Positions 47,508 to 56,279 of a stretch of 64,000 nucleotides of DNA are shown here, piece by piece (the stretch's first letter is position 1; each line of letters starts with the position of its first letter). The notes under the pieces are model-generated. The model was not told the origin of the DNA, searched no databases, and was given only the letters and a program-made list of their open reading frames with translations. The translations under genes and the position numbers were made by a program. Source of the stretch: an uncultured Trueperaceae bacterium (lineage in GTDB: Bacteria; Deinococcota; Deinococci; Deinococcales; Trueperaceae); the NCBI GenBank assembly GCA_963815215.1, contig CAWFFU010000010.1, positions 64,001 to 128,000 on the forward strand. Reading direction: 5' to 3'.

Positions 47508-49421
47508 ATGGGCGAAGCGCCCGCGCAAACGACGAGCACGAGTTCGGTGCCCGACGCACCCACGCGATCGGCCACCACGGACGCCTCGGAGGACGATTCG
47601 ACCCGCGATCGCCACGCCCGTGGTACGGCCCCCGACACCATCGGGCCGCCCGGAGTCAGCCTCCGCCTCACGCTGTACGCGGTGCTGGTCGGCATCATCG
47701 CGGGCCTGGGCGCGGTCGCCTTCCGCGGCCTCATCGCGCTGTTCCACAACCTCTTCTTCTACGGCCGCATCAGCACCGTCTACGACACCTTGAAGCACGC
47801 GGCGGTCAGCCCCTGGGGCGTCGGCATCGTGGCGGTGCCGGTGGCGGGCGCGCTGGTGGTGGCGTTCCTGGTCAGGACCTTCGCGCCCGAGGCCAAAGGG
47901 CACGGGGTGCCCGAGGTGATCGACGCCATCTACTACAACGGCGGCCGCATCCGTCCCGCGGTGGCGGTGATCAAGGCGTTGGCGTCCTCGATCTCCATCG
48001 GGTCGGGCGGATCGGTCGGCCGCGAGGGTCCGATCATCCAGATCGGCGCCACCTTCGGGTCGGTGCTGGCGCAGTGGGCGGGGCTCCCCGAGTGGAAGCG
48101 CCTCACCTTGCTGGCCTCCGGGGCGGGCGCCGGCATCGCTGCAACCTTCAACACCCCCATCGGCGGCATCCTGTTCGCCGTCGAGATCATGCTGGTCGAG
48201 GTCAGCGCCCGCAGCCTGGTGCCGGTCATGATCGCGACCGGCGCAGCCAGCTTCGTCGGGCGCCTCTACTTCGGTGCCGACGCGTCCTTCTTGATCCCGT
48301 CGCTAACGTTGAACTCGGCCACCACCACGTCGCTGCCCGTGTACGGCGCGTACGCCGCGCTGGGGGTGTTGATGGGCCTGCTCGCCGTGGTCTACACGCG
48401 CTCGATCTACGCCTTCGAGGATCTGTTCGACCGCATCCCGGGGAGCTACTACCTGAGGCACGCCATCGGCATGGCGTTGGTGGGCGTCACCATGTACGTG
48501 CTGTACCGGACGGTGGGCCACTACTACATCCAGGGGGTCGGCTACGCCACCATCCAGGACATCCTCAACGGAGCGCTCACCACCACCTGGATCCTCTTGC
48601 TGCTGGTGGTGCTGAAGCTGCTGGCGGTATCGTTGACGCTCGGTTCAGGGGCCTCGGGCGGCATCTTCTCGCCGGCGCTGTTCATGGGGGCGGCGCTGGG
48701 GGCGGGGCTGGTGCAGGTAGGACACGCCGCCTTCCCGGAGCTGCTGGTGAGCCTGGCGGGAGGCGCCGTCATCGGTATGGCCTGCATGGTCGCGGCCAGC
48801 ACCGGCGCAGCCGTGACCTCGGTGGTGATGATCTTCGAGATGACGCGCGACTACAATGTCATCATCCCGCTGATCATCGCCGTGTCGCTGGCCTACGCCG
48901 TCCGTCGCTGGCTGCTGGCCGACAGCATCTACACCCTCAAGTTGACGCGCCGCGGACGGGTGATCCCGGCATCGATCCAGAGCAACCTCTACCTGATGCG
49001 CGACGCCCTCGAGCTGATCCAGGTTCCGTTCCTGAGCCTCGACGCCGGCACGCGCGTCGAGGCGCTGCGCAAGCAGGTCCACTTCGGCCAGCCGGTGCCG
49101 CACGTGGTGCTGGTGCGCAACGACAGGATCATCGGGATCGTCACGGCCGACACGCTGCGCCCGCGCCTGCGTAACGACGTCGGTTCCGGCGCCATGCCGT
49201 TGGTGGACCTGGCCGACGGGCACTACACGGTGCTGGAGGACACCACCCAGGTCGTCGACCTCATCGGGCGGCTACGGGCCGAGGCCAGCCGGGTCGCGGT
49301 ACTCGTCCACGGCGATACCGATCCGGTCGACCCCACCTCGGTGGTGGGCATCGTGTCGTGGGGCGACGTCATGCAGAACGCCAATCTGCCGGTCAACATG
49401 GGCCGCATCCGCAAGCACTGA
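47508..49421 (+). CDS. CLC chloride channel/transporter with degenerate CBS pair
   Basis: GHGVPE, GREGP, GIFSP, 'FEMT', 'SIY'. Confidence 0.9.
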   Translation: MGEAPAQTTSTSSVPDAPTRSATTDASEDDSTRDRHARGTAPDTIGPPGVSLRLTLYAVLVGIIAGLGAVAFRGLIALFHNLFFYGRISTVYDTLKHAAVSPWGVGIVAVPVAGALVVAFLVRTFAPEAKGHGVPEVIDAIYYNGGRIRPAVAVIKALASSISIGSGGSVGREGPIIQIGATFGSVLAQWAGLPEWKRLTLLASGAGAGIAATFNTPIGGILFAVEIMLVEVSARSLVPVMIATGAASFVGRLYFGADASFLIPSLTLNSATTTSLPVYGAYAALGVLMGLLAVVYTRSIYAFEDLFDRIPGSYYLRHAIGMALVGVTMYVLYRTVGHYYIQGVGYATIQDILNGALTTTWILLLLVVLKLLAVSLTLGSGASGGIFSPALFMGAALGAGLVQVGHAAFPELLVSLAGGAVIGMACMVAASTGAAVTSVVMIFEMTRDYNVIIPLIIAVSLAYAVRRWLLADSIYTLKLTRRGRVIPASIQSNLYLMRDALELIQVPFLSLDAGTRVEALRKQVHFGQPVPHVVLVRNDRIIGIVTADTLRPRLRNDVGSGAMPLVDLADGHYTVLEDTTQVVDLIGRLRAEASRVAVLVHGDTDPVDPTSVVGIVSWGDVMQNANLPVNMGRIRKH

Positions 49422-49443
49422 GGCGCCGGGCCACCGCCCGCGC

Positions 49444-50910
49444 TCAGGGCCGGAAGATCAACGCGCGCGAGTTGCCCGTGTCGGCCACCAGCAGCATGCC
49501 GTCGTAGACCTGGACGCCCTGGGGACCGGAGAGAGTGTCGGCGTCGGGCCCGGCACCGCCATTGGCCGCGGTGTGCGTGAGATCCGCCTGGCCGAGGACG
49601 CGGTCGGCGGCTTCGTGATCGGCCGTGGGGAAGCCGTTCCACACCAGCACCCGGTTGTTGCCTGTGTCGGCCACGAAGAGCTGGTTGCCGTTGGAGGTCA
49701 CCGACGAGGGGCTCGACAGCCCGGCCGCAGTGCCGGCCGGGGTCGCCGCGGCCATCGTGGCCTGTCCCAGCACGAGGTCGGCCGGCTGATCGTCGGTCGT
49801 CGGGAAGGTCGTCCAGATGAGCACGCGGTGGTTGCCGGTATCGGCCACCACGAGCCGGGTGCCGTCGCTCCACACGCCGCTCGGCGAAGCGAGCGTCCTG
49901 GCGGAGCGCGGGATGCCGGCATTGGCGGCGCACGACACGAAGTCGCTCTGGCCCAGCACGAGGTCGGCGGGGGTGCCGCTCGCCGTGGGCACGCTGTCCC
50001 AGATCAGCACGCGGTGGTTGCCGGTATCGGCCACGATGAGCTTGCCGCCGACGACGAAGGCGGCCTTCGGGGCTCGGAGCCGATCCGCGAGGCAGCGGGT
50101 GCCGCCGCTCGAGTACAGACCGGACTGACCCACGGCTACGGTCGCAGCCGCGTGCGTGAGGGTGGGTGCACCGTTGTAGATCAGCACGCGGTCGTTGCCG
50201 GTGTCGGCGACGATGAGGTCGCCTCCGGACGCTGCCACGCCGGCCGGGGATGCGAGCGACGTGGCACTGATGGGCCCTGGCATGTTGCCCGTCCATAGGG
50301 TCTGCCCGAGCAGGATGCTGAACAGCGCGCCCGACGAGGTCGGAACGGACCCGTACCCCACCACCCGGTGGTTCCCCGTGTCCGGGAGGTAGAGCTTGCC
50401 GTCGACGAACGCGGGCGCGCCGGCCGGTGCGCTCATCGTGGACGGGGTGGCGGAGGGAAGCGACGCGGTGAAGCTCGTCTGTCCCATCACCAGCGTGGCG
50501 GGCTCGCCGTTGCTGAAGCTCAGGAACGGGTAGTCCAGGTGCAGCGTCGCCGTCGACGTCTCGCCCGACGCCGTGGCGCTGGCGACCAGCGTGTTGGTGC
50601 CGTCCTTGCCGAGCGTGACCGCGGTCGAGAAGGTCCCCGAGGTGGGGAGCGCGATGGGCACGGCGCTGCCGTTGAGCGTCAGGCTGAAGGCGCTGGGCAT
50701 GGCGCCGTGGAGGACGCCGCTCACGGTCACCGTACGCGAACCGACGATGCGCTGACCGTCGGTGTGCGAGGTGAAGGCCACGGTGATCGCCGGCCCCGGG
50801 AAGTCGCAGGCGGAGGGGACCAGGATCAGCAGCGTCCCGGCCAGCGCGATCAACAGGGGTCGCAGCGCGGTGCGCAGAGGCGCACGCGGATGGGTTCGCG
50901 GCAGCGGCAT
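49444..50910 (-). CDS. NHL-repeat lipoprotein with Ig-like N-terminal domain
   Basis: Lipobox-like PSAC; six 'DTGN.R' blades with 'LGQ'-type linkers. Confidence 0.85.
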   Translation of the reverse strand: MPLPRTHPRAPLRTALRPLLIALAGTLLILVPSACDFPGPAITVAFTSHTDGQRIVGSRTVTVSGVLHGAMPSAFSLTLNGSAVPIALPTSGTFSTAVTLGKDGTNTLVASATASGETSTATLHLDYPFLSFSNGEPATLVMGQTSFTASLPSATPSTMSAPAGAPAFVDGKLYLPDTGNHRVVGYGSVPTSSGALFSILLGQTLWTGNMPGPISATSLASPAGVAASGGDLIVADTGNDRVLIYNGAPTLTHAAATVAVGQSGLYSSGGTRCLADRLRAPKAAFVVGGKLIVADTGNHRVLIWDSVPTASGTPADLVLGQSDFVSCAANAGIPRSARTLASPSGVWSDGTRLVVADTGNHRVLIWTTFPTTDDQPADLVLGQATMAAATPAGTAAGLSSPSSVTSNGNQLFVADTGNNRVLVWNGFPTADHEAADRVLGQADLTHTAANGGAGPDADTLSGPQGVQVYDGMLLVADTGNSRALIFRP

Positions 50911-51122
50911 GGCGTTCCTCCCCCGGGCACGTGCACCATGGCCCGTTGCGTCGATGGTAGCACCGCCCTCCGGGCCCCGTCGGGGCGCTCTTCTCAGCGC
51001 CGGGTCACGTGGACCCGCTAGGGTGGCTTCCATGCGGGATGCGGGGCGAGGCCCACGCGGGCGCGTTCGGCGCGCCGCAGGGAAGCGCCCGAGGACGATC
51101 CCGAAGGGAGCGACCACGCGCC

Positions 51123-52349
51123 ATGGACCGAGAACGCACGTTCGACCTCTACAGCCAGGACTTCAAGCGGGACGCCTACCGCACCTTCGCGGAGCTGCGC
51201 CAGCGCGAGCCGGTGCTCCACCAGTTGACGCTCGACGCCTCCACCGAGGGTTGGTTCGTGAGCCGCTACGCCGACGTCGAGGCCGCCCTGCGCGACGACC
51301 GGCGGCTGGTGCGCGATCCGGCCCTGGCCGGGGTCGCCTTCCCGACGTCGCCGCTCGACGACCTGCTGAACAACCACATGCTCACGCGCGACGGCGAGGA
51401 CCACCGCAGGCTTCGGGCGCTGGTCCAACAGGCGTTCACGCCGAAGCGGGTGGCAGCCCTGCGACCGCGGGTCCAGGCGCTCGCCGACGGTCTCATCGAC
51501 GAGGTCGTCGAGCGCGGCGCCATGGACCTGATCGGCGCCTTCGCCTTCCCGCTCCCGACCCTGGTGATCCTGGAGATGCTGGGCGTGCCGACGTCCGACC
51601 GCGACCGCTTCCGTGACTGGTCCAACGCCCTCATCACGCCCGTCCTCGACGCGGCAGGCGGCCAGCGGGCCTTCGAGCTGTTGACCCAGTTCACCGACTA
51701 TCTGGGTGAGCTGTTCGAGGTGCGTCGCCGCGAGCCCCAGGACGATCTGCTCAGCGCTCTGCTGGCGGCGGAGGAGGCGGGCGACCGGCTGCGGGAGAGC
51801 GAGCTGTTCAGCACCATGGTGCTGCTGATCGTCGCCGGCCACGAGACCACCGTCAACCTCATCGCCAACAGCGTGCTGGCGTTGCATCGCAACCCGGAGC
51901 AGCGTGCGCGGCTCGAGCGCGCGGTGGTCGGCGGCGACCCCAGCGCCATGCCGCGCGCCGTGGAGGAGCTGCTGCGCTACGACGGCTCGGTGGAACGCGC
52001 GTTGGTGCGCTGGGCGGTCGAGGACATCGAGATCGCCGGTCGCCGCATCCCGCGCGGCGACGGCGTCATCCTCATCCTGGGGTCGGCCAACCACGACCCG
52101 GAGCGCTTCGAGGCGCCCGAGCGCCTCGATCTCGAGCGCGAGGCCAACCCCCACCTCGGCTTCGGGAAGGGGCCGCACTACTGCCTGGGAGCGCCCTTGG
52201 CGAGGCTCGAGGCCGACGTGGCGCTGACGACGCTGCTGCGCCGCCTGCCGGGGTTGCGCGTGGCCGTTCCCGATGACGCTCTGAGCTACCGGCCCCTGCC
52301 GATGTTCAAGGCGCTCGAGACGCTGCCAGTGACTTGGAGCGCCGCCTAG
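51123..52349 (+). CDS. Cytochrome P450 (CYP107-like)
   Basis: AGHET I-helix, EELLR, heme 'FGKGPHYCLG'. Confidence 0.95.
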   Translation: MDRERTFDLYSQDFKRDAYRTFAELRQREPVLHQLTLDASTEGWFVSRYADVEAALRDDRRLVRDPALAGVAFPTSPLDDLLNNHMLTRDGEDHRRLRALVQQAFTPKRVAALRPRVQALADGLIDEVVERGAMDLIGAFAFPLPTLVILEMLGVPTSDRDRFRDWSNALITPVLDAAGGQRAFELLTQFTDYLGELFEVRRREPQDDLLSALLAAEEAGDRLRESELFSTMVLLIVAGHETTVNLIANSVLALHRNPEQRARLERAVVGGDPSAMPRAVEELLRYDGSVERALVRWAVEDIEIAGRRIPRGDGVILILGSANHDPERFEAPERLDLEREANPHLGFGKGPHYCLGAPLARLEADVALTTLLRRLPGLRVAVPDDALSYRPLPMFKALETLPVTWSAA

Positions 52350-52396
52350 GGTCCGACGTGTCGAGCCGTCCGGCCGGCGTCGGGTAGCCTGGGCCG

Positions 52397-53203
52397 GTGA
52401 TCGACCTACACACCCACCACCAACGTTGCGGCCACGCCGAGGGCACCCTCGAGGAGATGGCGCGCGCGGCCCACGCCGCCGGCGTCACCATCTTCGGCTG
52501 GAGCGACCATGCGCCGCTCTTCGCCGACGCCGACGACCACCCCAAGCCGGGGATCCAGATGGCGCGCTCCCAGTGGGACGGCTACCTCGCCGAGGCCGAA
52601 CAGCTGCGCGCCCGCCTGGGCCCCGAGCTCCCCGGGCTCGATCTGCGCATCGGGGTGGAGGCGGACTACCTCCCCGGCACGGAGACGAGCTACCGTTCCG
52701 CCCTCGACCGCTCCGAGCTCGACTACGTGCTGGGCTCGGTGCACGAGGTCGGCCCGTGGCACATCTTCAAGCCCGCCACGCTGACGAGCCTCGAGGACAT
52801 CGACGGCTTCCACCGCGGCTACTGGCGCGCGTTGCGCGACGCGGCGCAGAGCGGGCTGTTCGACGTGCTGTCCCATCTCGACGCCATCAAGGCGATGGTG
52901 CCTGCTGCCGAGGGCGACATGGCGCTGGAGATCGAGGCCACGCTCGATTGCATCGCCGACACCGGCATGGCGGTGGAGATCAACGGGTCCGGGCTCAGCA
53001 AGGCCGACGAGCTGTTCCCTTCGCCCGCCCTCGTCGAGGCGCTGGTGCGCCGGGACGTTCCCATCACGCTCGGATCCGACGCCCACCGACCGGCGCAGAT
53101 CGGGCGCGGCTTCGATGAGGCCAGCGTGCTCCTGGCACGACTGGGGCGCACTCGCGTGATCACCTTCCGAGAGCGCGAAGGGGCCTGGGTCGACCTCCCC
53201 TAG
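52397..53203 (+). CDS. PHP-family phosphatase (HisJ/histidinol-phosphatase-like)
   Basis: DLHTH, SDH, 'GSVH', HLD, GSDAH; TAGCCT-N6-GTG. Confidence 0.88.
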   Translation: MIDLHTHHQRCGHAEGTLEEMARAAHAAGVTIFGWSDHAPLFADADDHPKPGIQMARSQWDGYLAEAEQLRARLGPELPGLDLRIGVEADYLPGTETSYRSALDRSELDYVLGSVHEVGPWHIFKPATLTSLEDIDGFHRGYWRALRDAAQSGLFDVLSHLDAIKAMVPAAEGDMALEIEATLDCIADTGMAVEINGSGLSKADELFPSPALVEALVRRDVPITLGSDAHRPAQIGRGFDEASVLLARLGRTRVITFREREGAWVDLP

Positions 53204-53328
53204 AAGCCTCTCCCGGTCACCCACCGTGCCGGACCTTCCCCACGGCGCGGGTCGTTGCGCATAATGGCGGCACCCCGCGAGCCGGCTGCGCGAGGCGGCG
53301 GCGAGCGGGGCGAGAGGGGGAGGGGACG

Positions 53329-54183
53329 ATGGACGAGAGCATCCTGGGGGGCATGGGTTGGACGCGCGACCTGCCGGACGTGCGTGACTACCGTCTGGAC
53401 ACGCCCGAGATCGAGGCCGTGCTGGCGAGTTCGAAGCCGTTCGGCAAGGCTGGCAAGGGCGTTGCCGCCACCGTGGACCTGCGGGCCGCCTGCTCGCCGA
53501 TCGAGGATCAGGGGTCGCTCGGCTCCTGCACGGCGAACGCCGGCGTGGGTCTGTTGGAGTACTTCGAGCGTCGGGCGCACGGCAAGTACCTGGACGGCTC
53601 GCGCTCGTTCCTGTACAAGGCGACGCGCAACCTGCTCGGCTGGAAGGGCGACCACGGCGCCTACCTGCGCACCACCATGAAGGCCATGGCGCTGTTCGGG
53701 GTGCCGCCGGAGGCGATCCGTCCGTACGACATCGCCACCTTCGATGACGAGCCTCCCGCCTTCTGCTACGCCTTCGCGCAGAACTTCAAGGCGATCCGCT
53801 ACTACCGGCTCGATCCGGCGGGCACGCCCGGCACGGACGTCCTGACCGCCGTGAAGCGCAACCTGGCCGCGGGTCTGCCGTCGATGTTCGGCTTCACCGT
53901 CTACAGCTCCATGCCCGGCATCGGCCAGGGCTCGGGCGACATCCCCTACCCCCGACCCGGCGACGCCGTGAAGGGCGGGCACGCCGTCGTCGCGGTCGGG
54001 TACGACGACGCACACACGATCGGGGACGAGGAGGGCGCGCTCCTCATCCGTAACTCGTGGGGCGTGGGCTGGGGCGAGAAGGGCTACGGCTGGCTTCCCT
54101 ACCGCTACCTGGTCGAACAGGTCGCCGTCGACTTCTGGTCGCTGGTGCAGGCCGACTTCGTCGATACCGAGCTGTTCCGCTGA
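53329..54183 (+). CDS. C1A papain-like cysteine protease, no signal peptide
   Basis: QGSLGSCTA, GGHAV, IRNSWG..WGEKGYGW. Confidence 0.93.
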   Translation: MDESILGGMGWTRDLPDVRDYRLDTPEIEAVLASSKPFGKAGKGVAATVDLRAACSPIEDQGSLGSCTANAGVGLLEYFERRAHGKYLDGSRSFLYKATRNLLGWKGDHGAYLRTTMKAMALFGVPPEAIRPYDIATFDDEPPAFCYAFAQNFKAIRYYRLDPAGTPGTDVLTAVKRNLAAGLPSMFGFTVYSSMPGIGQGSGDIPYPRPGDAVKGGHAVVAVGYDDAHTIGDEEGALLIRNSWGVGWGEKGYGWLPYRYLVEQVAVDFWSLVQADFVDTELFR

Positions 54184-54269
54184 CGCGCGCCTGATCGCGC
54201 CGCATCATGCCTTCGAGCGCCCGCGGCCGCCCGGCGGCCGTCACGGTGCGTCGATCGCGTGGCGGCCGA

Positions 54270-54316
54270 CAACCCCCCGTTTGGGGGATGTTCCGGCGTG
54301 AGCGCTCCGATATCCT
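54270..54316 (+). promoter_or_regulatory. CAACCCCC-N5-GGGGGATG palindrome plus TATCCT -10 candidate upstream of pilin cluster 1
   Basis: Palindrome 54270-54290 (one mismatch); TATCCT 54311-54316. Confidence 0.4.
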
Positions 54317-54420
54317 CCAGACTGCAAGTGCACGGACGACCGCGCCAGCCGTCACGTCGGGGCTGTCTCGATTGCGCGAGGGCGGTGTGGCGGTCGCCGA
54401 GTTCGGGGGTGAGCGACATC

Positions 54421-54927
54421 ATGACATCGGCGAGAGCGCCCCAAGGTATGACGCTCCTTGAAGTCCTTCTGGTTGTGGCCGTGATGGGCCTACTGTTGGC
54501 CGCGGGCATCACCGGCCTGGGCCGGCTCAGCAAGAACCAGGCCTACCAGGGCTACGTCGCGGGTCTGGGCCAGGCCGTATCCGACGCCACCACTCGCGCG
54601 AACGAGACGAACACGGTCTATGCGCTGGCCTTCGACCAGACCGGCTACCGCTGGGGCCCGGTCGGTGGCACGGTCGCGGCCTGCACCGGGGCCTCCTCGG
54701 CGCCCACCATCGGCACAGCGGTCCTCCAGCGCTCGGCTCCGGCCGGCGTGGCGACGTCACCGAGCGGCTGGCTGTGCTTCTCGGCGCCGGGGCTGGTCGG
54801 CAGGCTGACGGCACTCGGTGCGACGTGCGCCTACAAGAGCTACACCTTCCCATGCCTGACGTTCTCGGGCGTCGGGAAGGACGAGCACATGTTCATCTCG
54901 GTGGGGGGCCAGGTGGTGGTCCAGTGA
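54421..54927 (+). CDS. Type IV minor pilin (FimT/GspH-like), cluster 1
   Basis: Class III signal QG|MTLLE plus hydrophobic helix. Confidence 0.85.
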   Translation: MTSARAPQGMTLLEVLLVVAVMGLLLAAGITGLGRLSKNQAYQGYVAGLGQAVSDATTRANETNTVYALAFDQTGYRWGPVGGTVAACTGASSAPTIGTAVLQRSAPAGVATSPSGWLCFSAPGLVGRLTALGATCAYKSYTFPCLTFSGVGKDEHMFISVGGQVVVQ

Positions 54928-55382
54928 GGCGCGCTGAGGGTTTCACGCTCATCGAGGTGATGGTCGCGCTCGCGATCCTCCTGGTCGTCATCGCGGCAGC
55001 CGCCGGCGTGTACGTGACGGGTTTCCGTTCGAACGCTCGGACGCAGCTCACCACGCAGGCGAGCCAGGTGCTGGCGGGTCTGGCCGGACAGGTCACGCAG
55101 CACCAGATCACCGTGACGGCAGGCACATCGCAGATCATCGTCTACGACCAGGGGCCCTCGCCGCAGGCGGTCGCGGTGACCCCGGCACCGTCGAGTTGCA
55201 GCAGCTACCTGAGCACCGACCACACCCACCTGTGCGCCACCGTCAGCAACGTGGACACCTTCGACCCCACCACGAGTGGAGGGGTCGCGCTGCTGGCGAA
55301 CGCCATGAGCCACTACAACATCAAGGTCTGCTGGCCGATCCAGGGGGGGACGAGCTGTGCTGAAGCCAACACGCTCTACTGA
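54924..55382 (+). CDS. Type IV minor pilin (PilV/GspI-like), cluster 1
   Basis: EG|FTLIEVMVAL; GTGA overlap. Confidence 0.85.
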   Translation: MRRAEGFTLIEVMVALAILLVVIAAAAGVYVTGFRSNARTQLTTQASQVLAGLAGQVTQHQITVTAGTSQIIVYDQGPSPQAVAVTPAPSSCSSYLSTDHTHLCATVSNVDTFDPTTSGGVALLANAMSHYNIKVCWPIQGGTSCAEANTLY

Positions 55383-56268
55383 AGGGTTCACCCTCATCGA
55401 AGTGCTGGTGGCGGCGGCCATCCTCATCGTCGTCCTAGGGATCGTGACGCGCGGGTTGGTCGGCTACCTGGGCTACACGGGCGACGTCCAGGCCAACACC
55501 GACGTCCAGACCCAGCTCAGGCGCACCATGGAGCTCGTCACCCAGGACCTGCGCAACGCGAGCTTCGGCATGCTCGCGCCCACGCCCTACCCGTCGGACC
55601 AGCACGACGTGTCGTTCATGCAGATGGATGAGACCAGTGCCTACCAGGTGCTCAAGGGCAGTGCCACGGGGTCGCAAGGGTTCCAGAACGCCGACAACTT
55701 CCAGGTCGTCGCGCCCTCCAACCTTGATTGGACCAGCGGCGACCTCGTGCTCCTCCTCAGCTCGCATAGCGGTCAAGGCACGGCCTTGGTGCTGTCGAAG
55801 GACCCCGGCATGACGGGTCACGACTGGACCGCGGTCCACTCCAACCAGGCCAACACCATCTGCTGGGACCAGGACATGCTCGCCGTGAAGGCGACCGCCC
55901 TGGGGTACCGCTACGACGCCGCCAACAAGCTGCTCATCCGCGGCACCGGCGTGAACGTGGCCGGCACCTCGTCGGGGTCGCAGCTGGCCACCGTCGTCGA
56001 GCAGCCCGTCGCCTTCAACGTCGACGGTTTCGACCTGGGGTACATCGCGGCGAACGGTACCCAGTACACCTCGCTCGCCAGCGTGCCGAGCGGCATCCGC
56101 GTCGTGCGCGTGGCCATCACGTTGAAGATGAGCAGCAAGGCCGAGCACCGTACCGTCGCCAAATCCCTTACCAGCTACGTCGAGCTGCCCCAGCAGTTCA
56201 CGCTCACCTCCCAGCCGCTCGACTTCGTCGAGGCCGTGCAAGGGAGCCCGAACGTCGCATGCCCATGA
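55357..56268 (+). CDS. Type IV minor pilin (PilW/GspJ-like), cluster 1
   Basis: EG|FTLIEVLVAA; 'TQDLRNA'. Confidence 0.85.
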   Translation: MLKPTRSTEGFTLIEVLVAAAILIVVLGIVTRGLVGYLGYTGDVQANTDVQTQLRRTMELVTQDLRNASFGMLAPTPYPSDQHDVSFMQMDETSAYQVLKGSATGSQGFQNADNFQVVAPSNLDWTSGDLVLLLSSHSGQGTALVLSKDPGMTGHDWTAVHSNQANTICWDQDMLAVKATALGYRYDAANKLLIRGTGVNVAGTSSGSQLATVVEQPVAFNVDGFDLGYIAANGTQYTSLASVPSGIRVVRVAITLKMSSKAEHRTVAKSLTSYVELPQQFTLTSQPLDFVEAVQGSPNVACP

Positions 56269-56279
56269 GAGGAGTTGCC

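Noticed and set aside
51123..54183. P450-PHP-C1 protease as a biosynthetic cluster
   Set aside because: No scaffold enzyme, precursor peptide or ferredoxin is present, and the PHP gene appears to have its own promoter.
54184..54420. Possible c-di-GMP riboswitch ahead of the pilin genes
   Set aside because: I could not find the GEMM-type conserved elements by eye; an Rfam covariance search would be needed.
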